Positions 36,002-44,933 of a stretch of DNA of 44,933 bases are shown in pieces. Made by a program: the position numbers and the translations under genes. Origin of the DNA: Utricularia gibba (lineage: Eukaryota > Plantae > Magnoliophyta); contig NEEC01000250.1 of the NCBI GenBank assembly GCA_002189035.1, forward strand, positions 1 through 44,933, written 5' to 3'. How positions within the stretch are numbered: the first letter of the stretch is position 1; every line of letters begins with the position of its first letter. The notes beneath the pieces were generated by a model. The model searched no databases and had not been told where the DNA came from. It saw only the letters and a list, made by a program, of their open reading frames with translations.

Positions 36002-37856
36002 GTGATGCATTTATTAACGTTGGGTTTTCGGCGGCTGCCTACATGCTTTTTCAAGGAAAAGTTGTCGTTTTTTGGCGGGTGCTGTTGTTGGGAACTTCGT
36101 CCGGACCAAGGTTCGGTCTGACTTCACAGCACAATAAGGTCCCATTCGACGAAAATCGTGATACCTTTATTGAAGTTAGGATCTCATGACCACCCCAAAT
36201 GCTTTTTTCAATAGCATGCTATACACTTGAGAAAGCGCTTTTCTGGGTCACCGAGATCGGGCCAGAGGTCGGGTCGGCTCTTGCCCATAGTCAGTTGTAG
36301 CCCGGAAAATAAGTCATGCATTTATCAACGTTGGTTTCCGGCGGCTGCCTAAATGGTTTTTCAAGCAAAGCTTGCCGTTTAAGGCGGGTGCTGTCGTTGG
36401 CAGCTTTGTAAGGGCCCAAGGTTTGGTCTGGCTCCTGAGCCCAAATCGGGTCCTACTCGATGAAAATCGTGATGCATTTAATGAAGTTAGGATGTCATGA
36501 GCGCCCCAAATGGTTTTCTCAACAACCTGATTTTTATTCGACGAGGTGCTTTAGCTGGCACTAGTATCGAGCAAATGGTCGAGTCGCGCTCTGGCCCATA
36601 GTCATTTTGGCCCGGCCAAAAAGTGATGCATTTATTAACGTTGGGTTTTTCGGCGGCTGCCTACATGCTTTTTCAAGGAAAAGTTGTCGTTTTTGGCGGG
36701 TGCTGTTGTTGGGAACTTCGTCCGGACCCAAGGTTCGGTCTGACTTCACAGCACAAGGTCCCATTCGACGAAAATCGTGATACCTTTATTGAAGTTAGGA
36801 TCTCATGACCACCCCAAATGCTTTTTCAATAGCATGCTATACACTTGAGAAAGCGCTTTTGGGTCACCGAGATCGGGCCAGAATTCGGGTCGGGCTCTTG
36901 CCCATAGTCAGTGTAGCCCGGAAAAAGTGATGCATTTATCAACGTTGGGTTTCGGCGGCTGCCTAAATGGTTTTTCAAGCAACAGCTTGCCGTTTTAAGG
37001 CGGGTGCTGTCGTTGGCAGCTTTGTAAGGGCCCAAGGTTTGGTCTGGCTCCTGAGCCCAATCGGTCCTACTCGATGAAAATCGTGATGCATTTAATGAAG
37101 TTAGGATGTCATGAGCGCCCCAAATGGTTTTCTCAACAACCTGATTTTTATTCGACGAGGTGCTTTAGCTGGCTCTAGTATCGAGCAAATGGTCGAGTCG
37201 CGCTCTGGCCCATAGTCATTTTGGCCCGGCCAAAAAAGTGATGCATTTATTAACGTTGGGTTTTCGGCGGCTGCCTACATGCTTTTTCAAGGAAAAGTTG
37301 TCGTTTTTTGGCGGGTGCTGTTGTTGGGAACTTCGTCCGGACCCAAGGTTCGGTCTGACTTCACAGCACAATAAGGTCCCATTCGACGAAAATCGTGATA
37401 CCTTTATTGAAGTTAGGATCTCATGACCACCCCAAATGCTTTTTCAATAGCATGCTATACACTTGAGAAGGCGCTTTTTTGGGTCACCGAGATCGGGCCA
37501 GAGGTCGGGTCGGGCTCGCCCAAGTCAGTTGTAGCCCGGAAAATAAGTCATGCATTTTTCAATGTTGGGTTTCGGCGGCTGCCTAAATGGTTTTTCAAGC
37601 AACAGCTTGCCGTTTAAGGCGGGTGCTGTCGTTGGCAGCTTTGTAAGGGCCCAAGGTTTGGTCTGGCTCCTGAGCCCAATCGGTCCTACTCGATGAAAAT
37701 CGTGATGCATTTAATGAAGTTAGGATGTCATGAGCGCCCCAAATGGTTTTCTCAACAACCTGATTTATATTTGACGAGGTGCTCTAGGTGGCACTAGTAT
37801 CGAGCAATGGTCGAGTCGCGCTCTGGCCCATAGTCATTTGTAGCCCGGCCAAAAAA
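36002..37856. repeat. Run of three AD dimers (36002, 36623, 37238)
   Basis: Same a2/c2 junction as at 33208. Private variants: CAATAGCATG in all three; GAAAGCGCT and CTCTTGCCC in the first two; AAGTCATGCA in the first and third. Confidence 0.88.
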
Positions 37857-39735
37857 GTTATGCATTTATTAACGTTGGGTTTTCGGCGGCTGCCTACATG
37901 CTTTTTCAAGGAAAAGTTGTCGTTTTTTTGGCGGGTGCTGTTGTTGGGAACTTCGTCCGGACCCAAGGTTCGGTCTGACTTCACAGCACAATAAGGTCCC
38001 ATTCGACGAAAATCGTGATACCTTTATTGAAGTTAGGATCTCATGACCACCCCAAATGCTTTTTTCAACAGCATGCTATACACTTGAGAAGGCACTTTTG
38101 TGGGTCACCGAGATCGGGCCGGAATTCGGGTCGAGCTCGGGCCCAAAGTCAGCTGTAGCCCGACAAAAGAAGTGATGCATTTATTAACGTTGGGTTGTCG
38201 GCGGCTGCCCACATGGTTTTTCAAGCAACAGCTTGCCGTTTTAAGGCGGGTGCTGTCGTTGGCAGCTTTGTAAGGGCCCAAGGTTTTGGTCTGGCTCCTG
38301 AGCCCAATCGGGTCCTACTCGATGAAAATCGTGATGCATTTAATGAAGTTAGGATGTCATGAGCGCCCCAAATGGTTTTCTCAACAACCTGATTTATATT
38401 TGACGAGGTGCTCTAGGCTGGCACTAGTATCGAACAAATGGTCGAGTCGCGCTCTGGCCCATAGTCATTTGTAGCCCGGCCAAAAAGTGATGCATTTATT
38501 AACGTTGGGTTTTCGGCGGCTGCCTACATGCTTTTTCAAGGAAAAGTTGTCGTTTTTTGGCGGGTGCTGTTGTTGGAACTTCGTCCGGACCCAGGTTTGG
38601 TCTGACTTCACAGCACAATAAGGTCCCATTCGACGAAAATCGTGATACCTTTATTGAAGTTAGGATCTCATGACCACCCCAAATGCTTTTTTCAACAGCA
38701 TGCTATACACTTGAGAAGGCGCTTTTGTGGGTCACGAGATCGGGCCGGAATTCGGGTCGAGCTCGGGCCCAAAGTCAGCTGTAGCCCGACAAAAGAAGTG
38801 ATGCATTTATTAACGTTGGGTTGTCGGCGGCTGCCCACATGGTTTTTCAAGCAACAGCTTGCCGTTTTAAGGCGGGTGCTGTCGTTGGCAGCTTTGTAAG
38901 GGCCCAAGGTTTGGTCTGGCTCCTGAGCCCAATCGGGTCCTACTCGATGAAAATCGTGATGCATTTAATGAAGTTAGGATGTCATGAGCGCCCCAAATGG
39001 TTTTCTCAACAACCTGATTTATATTTGACGAGGTGCTCTAGGCTGGCACTAGTATCGAACAAATGGTCGAGTCGCGCTCTGGCCATAGTCATTTGTAGCC
39101 CGGCCAAAAAAGTGATGCATTTATTAACGTTGGGTTTTCGGCGGCTGCCTACATGCTTTTTCAAGGAAAAGTTGTCGTTTTTTGGCGGGTGCTGTTGTTG
39201 GGAACTTCGTCCGGACCCAAGGTTCGGTCTGACTTCACAGCACAATAAGGTCCCATTCGACGAAAATCGTGATACCTTTATTGAAGTTAGGATCTCATGA
39301 CCACCCAAATGCTTTTTTCAACAGCATGCTTTAACTTGAGAAGGCGCTTTTGTGGGTCACGATCGGGCCGGAATTCGGGTCGAGCTCGGGCCCAAAGTCA
39401 GCTGTAGCCCGACAAAAGAAGTGATGCATTTATTAACGTTGGGTTGTCGGCGGCTGCCCACATGGTTTTTCAAGCAACAGCTTGCCGTTTTAAGGCGGGT
39501 GCTGTCGTTGGCAGCTTTGTAAGGGCCCAAGGTTTCGTCTGGCTCCTTAGCCCAATCGGGTCCTACTCGATGAAAATCGTGATGCATTTAATGAAGTTAG
39601 GATGTCATGAGCGCCCCAAATGGTTTTCTCAACAACCTGATTTATATTTGACGAGGTGCTCTAGGCTGGCACTAGTATCGAGCAAATGGTCGAGTCGCGC
39701 TCTGGCCCATAGTCATTTGTAGCCCGGCCAAAAAA

Positions 39736-40352
39736 GTGATGCATTTATTAACGTTGGGTTTTCGGCGGCTGCCTACATGCTTTTTCAAGGAAAAGTTGTC
39801 GTTTTTTTGGCGGGTGCTGTTGTTGGGAACTTCGTCCGGACCCAAGGTTCGGTCTGACTTCACAGCACAATAAGGTCCCATTCGACGAAAATCGTGATAC
39901 CTTTATTGAAGTTAGGATCTCATGACCACCCCAAATGCTTTTTTCAATAGCATGCTATACACTTGAGAAAGCGCTTTTGTGGGTCACCGAGATCGGGGTC
40001 GGGTCGGGCTCTTGCCCAAGTCAGTTGTAGCCCGGAAAATAAGTCATGCATTTATAATGTTGGGTTTCGGCGGCTGCCAAATGGTTTTTCAAGCAACAGC
40101 TTGCCGTTTTAAGGCGGGTGCTGTCGTTGGCAGCTTTGTAAGGGCCCAAGGTTTGGTCTGGCTCCTGAGCCCAATCGGTCCTACTCGATGAAAATCGTGA
40201 TGCATTTAATGAAGTTAGGATGTCATGAGCGCCCCAAATGGTTTTCTCAACAACCTGATTTATATTTGACGAGGTGCTCTAGGCTGGCACTAGTATCGAA
40301 CAAATGGTCGAGTCGCGCTCTGGCCCATAGTCATTTGTAGCCCGGCCAAAAA
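39736..40352. repeat. AD dimer
   Basis: a2/c2 chimera carrying CAATAGCATG, GAAAGCGCT, CTCTTGCCC and AAGTCATGCA. Confidence 0.85.
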
Positions 40353-40980
40353 GTGATGCATTTATTAACGTTGGGTTTTCGGCGGCTGCCTACATGCTTT
40401 TTCAAGGAAAAGTTGTCGTTTTTTGGCGGGTGCTGTTGTTGGGAACTTCGTCCGGACCCAAGGTTCGGTCTGACTTCACAGCACAATAAGGTCCCATTCG
40501 ACGAAAATCGTGATACCTTTATTGAAGTTAGGATCTCATGACCACCCCAAATGCCTTTTTCAACAGCATGCTATACACTTGAGAAGGCGCTTTTGTGGGT
40601 CACCGAGATCGGGCCGGAATTCGGGTCGAGCTCGGGCCCAAAGTCAGCTGTAGCCCGAAAAAGAAGTGATGCATTTATTAACGTTGGGTTGTCGGCGGCT
40701 GCCCACATGGTTTTTCAAGCAACAGCTTGCCGTTTTAAGGCGGGTGCTGTCGTTGGCAGCTTTGTAAGGGCCCAAGGTTTGGTCTGGCTCCTGAGCCCAA
40801 TCGGGTCCTACTCGATGAAAATCGTGATGCATTTAATGAAGTTAGGATGTCATGAGCGCCCCAAATGGTTTTCTCAACAACCTGATTTTTATTCGACGAG
40901 GTGCTTTAAGCTGGCTCTAGTATCGAGCAAATGGTCGAGTCGCGCTCTGGCCCATAGTCATTTGTAGCCCGGCCAAAAAA

Positions 40981-41894
40981 GTGATGCATTTATTAACGTT
41001 GGGTTTTCGGCGGCTGCCTACATGCTTTTTGAAGAAAAGTTGTCGTTTTTTGGCGGGTGCTGTTGTTGGGAACTTCGTCCGGACCAAGGTTCGGTCTGAC
41101 TTCACAGCACAATAAGGTCCCATTCGACGAAAATCGTGATACCTTTATTGAAGTTAGGATCTCATGACCACCCCAAATGCTTTTTTCAACAGCATGCTAT
41201 ACACTTGAGAAGGCGCTTTGTGGGTCACCGAGATCGGGCCGGAATTCGGGTCGAGCTCGGGCCCAAAGTCAACTGTAACCCGACAAAGAAGTGATGCATT
41301 TATTAACGTTGGGTTGTCGGCGGCTGCCCACATGGTTTTTCAAGCAACAGCTTGCCGTTTTAAGGCGGGTGCTGTCGTTGGCAGCTTTGTAAGGGCCCAG
41401 GTTCGGTCTGGTTCCTAAGCCCAATCGGGTCCTAGTCGATGAAAATCGTGATGCATTTGCTTTTGTTAGGATGTCATGAGAACCCAATGGGTTTTCTCCA
41501 CACTCTACTTTATAATTGAGAAGGCGCTCTCGGGGGTTTTGGGAAAGGGTCGGTCGGGGGTCAGTGTAGCCCGACAAAAGAAGTGATGCATTTATTAACG
41601 TTGGGTTTCGGCGGCTGCCTAAATGGTTTTTCAAGCAACAGCTTGCCGTTTTAAGGCGGGTGCTGTCGTTGGCAGCTTTGTAAGGGCCCAAGGTTTGGTC
41701 TGGCTCCTGAGCCCAATCGGGTCCTACGATGAAAATCGTGATGCATTTAATGAAGTTAGGATGTCATGAGCGCCCCAAATGGTTTTCTCAACAACCTGAT
41801 TTATATTTGACGAGGTGCTCTAGGCTGGCACTAGTATCGAGCAAATGGTCGAGTCGCGCTCTGGCCCATAGTCATTTGTAGCCCGGCCAAAAAA
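40981..41894. repeat. Isolated degenerate/mosaic trimeric HOR
   Basis: c2 starts near 41448 but ends with an a2-type tail (GTAGCCCGACAAAAGAA). The next odd subunit mixes alleles (TATTAAC with GCCTAAATGG). Several singleton substitutions. Confidence 0.7.
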
Positions 41895-44800
41895 GTGATG
41901 CATTTATTAACGTTGGGTTTTCGGCGGCTGCCTACATGCTTTTTCAAGGAAAAGTTGTCGTTTTTTGGCGGGTGCTGTTGTTGGGAACTTCGTCCGGACC
42001 CAAGGTTCGGTCTGACTTCACAGCACAATAAGGTCCCATTCGACGAAAATCGTGATACCTTTATTGAAGTTAGGATCTCATGACCACCCCAAATGCTTTT
42101 TTCAACAGCATGCTATACACTTGAGAAGGCGCTTTTGTGGTCACCGAGATCGGGCCGGAATTCGGGTCGAGCTCGGGCCCAAAGTCAGCTGTAGCCCGAC
42201 AAAAGAAGTGATGCATTTATTAACGTTGGTTGTCGGCGGCTGCCCACATGGTTTTTCAAGCAACAGCTTGCCGTTTTAAGGCGGGTGCTGTCGTTGGCAG
42301 CTTTGTAAGGGCCCAAGGTTTGGTCTGGCTCCTGAGCCCAATCGGGTCCTACTCGATGAAAATCGTGATGCATTTAATGAAGTTAGGATGTCATGAGCGC
42401 CCCAAATGGTTTTCTCAACAACCTGATTTATATTTGACGAGGTGCTCTAGGCTGGCACTAGTATCGAGCAAATGGTCGAGTCGCGCTCTGGCCCATAGTC
42501 ATTTGTAGCCCGGCCAAAAAAGTGATGCATTTATTAACGTTGGTTTTCGGCGGCTGCCTACATGCTTTTTCAAGGAAAAGTTGTCGTTTTTTGGCGGGTG
42601 CTGTTGTTGGGAACTTCGTCCGGACCCAAGGTTCGGTCTGACTTCACAGCACAATAAGGTCCCATTCGACGAAAATCGTGATACCTTTATTGAAGTTAGG
42701 ATCTCATGACCACCCAAATGCTTTTTTCAACAGCATGCTATACACTTGAGAAGGCGCTTTTGTGGGTCACCGAGATCGGCCGGAATTCGGGTCGAGCTCG
42801 GGCCCAAAGTCAGCTGTAGCCCGACAAAAGAAGTGATGCATTTATTAACGTTGGGTTGTCGGCGGCTGCCCACATGGTTTTTCAAGCAACAGCTTGCCGT
42901 TTTAAGGCGGGTGCTGTCGTTGGCAGCTTTGTAAGGGCCCAAGGTTTGGTCTGGCTCCTGAGCCCAATCGGGTCCTACTCGATGAAAATCGTGATGCATT
43001 TAATGAAGTTAGGATGTCATGAGCGCCCCAAATGGTTTCTCAACAACCTGATTTATATTTGACGAGGTGCTCTAGGCTGGCACTAGTATCGAGCAAATGG
43101 TCGAGTCGCGCTCTGGCCCATAGTCATTGTAGCCCGGCCAAAAAAGTGATGCATTTATTAACGTTGGGTTTTCGGCGCTGCCTACATGCTTTTTCAAGGA
43201 AAGTTGTCGTTTTTTTTGGGGTGCTGTTGTTGGGAACTTCGTCCGGACCCAAGGTTCGGTCTGACTTCACAGCACAATAAGGTCCCATTCGACGAAAATC
43301 GTGATACCTTTATTGAAGTTAGGATCTCATGACCACCCCAAATGCTTTTTTCAACAGCATGCTATACACTTGAGAAGGCGCTTTTGTGGGTCACCGAGAT
43401 CGGGCCGGAATTCGGGTCGAGCTCGGCCCAAAGTCAGCTGTAGCCCGACAAAAGAAGTGATGCATTTATTAACGTTGCGTTGTCGGCGGCTGCCCACATG
43501 GTTTTTCAAGCAACAGCTTGCCGTTTTAAGGCGGGTGCTGTCGTTGGCAGCTTTGTAAGGGCCCAAGGTTTGGTCTGGCTCCTGAGCCCAATCGGGTCCT
43601 ACTCGATGAAAATCGTGATGCATTTAATGAAGTTAGGATGTCATGAGCGCCCCAAATGGTTTTCTCAACAACCTGATTTTTATTCGACGAGGTGCTTTAA
43701 GCTGGCTCTAGTATCGAGCAAATGGTCGAGTCGCGCTCTGGCCCATAGTCATTTTGGCCCGGCCAAAAAAGTGATGCATTTATTAACGTTGGTTTTCGGC
43801 GGCTGCCTACATGCTTTTTCAAGGAAAAGTTGTCGTTTTTTGGCGGGTGCTGTTGTTGGGAACTTCGTTCGGACCCAAGGTTCGTCTGACTTCACAGCAC
43901 AATAAGGTCCCATTCGACGAAAATCGTGATACCTTTATTGAAGTTAGGATCTCATGACCACCCCAAATGCTTTTTTTCAACAGCATGCTATACACTTGAG
44001 AAGGCGCTTTTGTGGGTCACCGAGATCGGGCCGGAATTCGGGTCGAGCTCGGGCCCAAAGTCAGCTGTAGCCCGACAAAAGAAGTGATGCATTTATTAAC
44101 GTTGGGTTGTCGGCGGCTGCCCACATGGTTTTTCAAGCAACAGCTTGCCGTTTTAAGGCGGGTGCTGTCGTTGGCAGCTTTGTAAGGGCCCAAGGTTTGG
44201 TCTGGCTCCTGAGCCCAATCGGGTCCTACTCGATGAAAATCGTGATGCATTTAATGAAGTTAGGATTCATGAGCGCCCCAAATGGTTTTCTCAACAACCT
44301 GATTTATATTTGACGAGGTGCTCTAGGCTGGCACTAGTATCGAGCAAATGTCGAGTCGCGCTCTGGCCCATAGTCATTTGTAGCCCGGCCAAAAAAGTGA
44401 TGCATTTATTAACGTTGGGTTTTCGGCGGCTGCCTACATGCTTTTTCAAGGAAAAGTTGTCGTTTTTGGCGGGTGCTTGTTGGAACTTCGTCCGGACCCA
44501 AGGTTCGGTCTGACTTCACAGCACAATAAGGTCCCATTCGACGAAAATCGTGATACCTTTATTGAAGTTAGGATCTCATGACCACCCAAATGCTTTTTTC
44601 AACAGCATGCTATACACTTGAGAAGGCGCTTTTGTGGGTCACCGAGATCGGGCCGGAATTCGGGTCGAGCTCGGGCCCAAAGTCAGCTGTAGCCCGACAA
44701 AAGAAGTGATGCATTTATTAACGTTGGTTGTCGGCGGCTGCCCACATGGTTTTTCAAGCAACAGCTTGCCGTTTTTAAGGCGGGTGCTGTCGTTGGCAGC

Positions 44801-44933
44801 TTTGTAAGGGCCCAAGGTTTGGTCTGGCTCCTGAGCCCAATCGGGTCCTACTCGATGAAAATCGTGATGCATTTAATGAAGTTAGGATGTCATGAGCGCC
44901 CCAAATGGTTTTCTCAACAACCTGATTTTTATT

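Larger units (their letters stand above)
1..44933. repeat. Tandem satellite DNA array, ~157-bp basic unit organised into higher-order repeats; fills the window and runs off both ends
   Basis: GTGATGCATTT (GTGATACCTTT in a2) recurs every 156-158 nt, e.g. at 2538, 2695, 2852, 3010, 3167. The intervening sequences are mutually alignable. All copies are in the same orientation with no unique sequence. Confidence 0.99.
32593..44933. repeat. Domain 3: mixed HORs; 11 complete plus 1 partial AB* dimers, 5 AD dimers, 2 trimers
   Basis: AB* dimers (a2 ends GAGCTCGGGCCCAAAG...CCCGACAAAAG) start at 32593, 33814, 35377, 37857, 38487, 39112, 40353, 41895, 42522, 43146, 43771, 44397. AD dimers start at 33208, 36002, 36623, 37238, 39736. 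Trimers start at 34440 and 40981. Confidence 0.92.

Noticed and set aside
284-44872. All short ORFs in the six-frame track (e.g. MMHLLTLGFRR..., MHHDFHRVG..., MVFQATACRF...)
   Set aside because: They are the same few peptides repeated once per HOR, with ends set by 1-nt indels. No recognisable domain, operon or exon structure.
1-44933. CRISPR-like pattern of a conserved short motif every ~157 nt
   Set aside because: The intervening sequences are homologous and recur periodically rather than being unique spacers. The period is far too long, and there is no leader or cas gene.
1-44933. 5S rDNA, rDNA spacer or snRNA tandem array
   Set aside because: No segment resembles the conserved 5S, 18S/5.8S/28S or spliceosomal RNA sequences, and there is no conserved-gene plus variable-spacer partition.
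1-44933. Assignment to a named satellite family or organism on the basis of ~157/~315-bp length
   Set aside because: Several unrelated satellites share this length and I do not recognise the sequence. A database search is required.
1-44933. Transposon insertion or array inversion
   Set aside because: Every segment read assigns to a subunit in the same orientation. No LTR, terminal inverted repeat, target-site duplication or foreign sequence was seen.

Overview
The whole 44,933-nt window is one uninterrupted head-to-tail satellite DNA array in a single orientation. I see no genes, RNA genes, transposon insertions or inversions, and all listed ORFs are translations of the repeat. The basic unit is 156-158 bp, anchored on GTGATGCATTT, with about 285 copies. 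Units alternate between an 'odd' class (a1, b1/b1', d1) and an 'even' class (a2, b2, c2) and are built into higher-order repeats (HORs) of the form a1-a2-b1-[c2-d1]n-b2. n=0 gives a 630-bp dimer, n=1 a ~944-bp trimer, and n=2 a tetramer (~1.26 kb if intact). Three domains are visible: 24 near-identical dimers (40-15079); a block of 15 trimers plus 3 tetramers with a ~4-kb super-period (15080-32592); and a mixed right domain with two other dimer types and two leftover trimers (32593-44933). Diagnostic substitutions suggest that dimers and tetramers are the reciprocal deletion and duplication products of unequal exchange between the ~96%-identical b1' and d1 subunits, and that trimer-to-dimer collapse happened more than once. 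Unit length and organisation fit a eukaryotic centromeric or pericentromeric satellite, but I cannot name the family or the organism. Frequent 1-nt homopolymer deletions and ragged gaps indicate imperfect long-read consensus, so indel-based observations need read-level confirmation. All counts and coordinates were read by eye.
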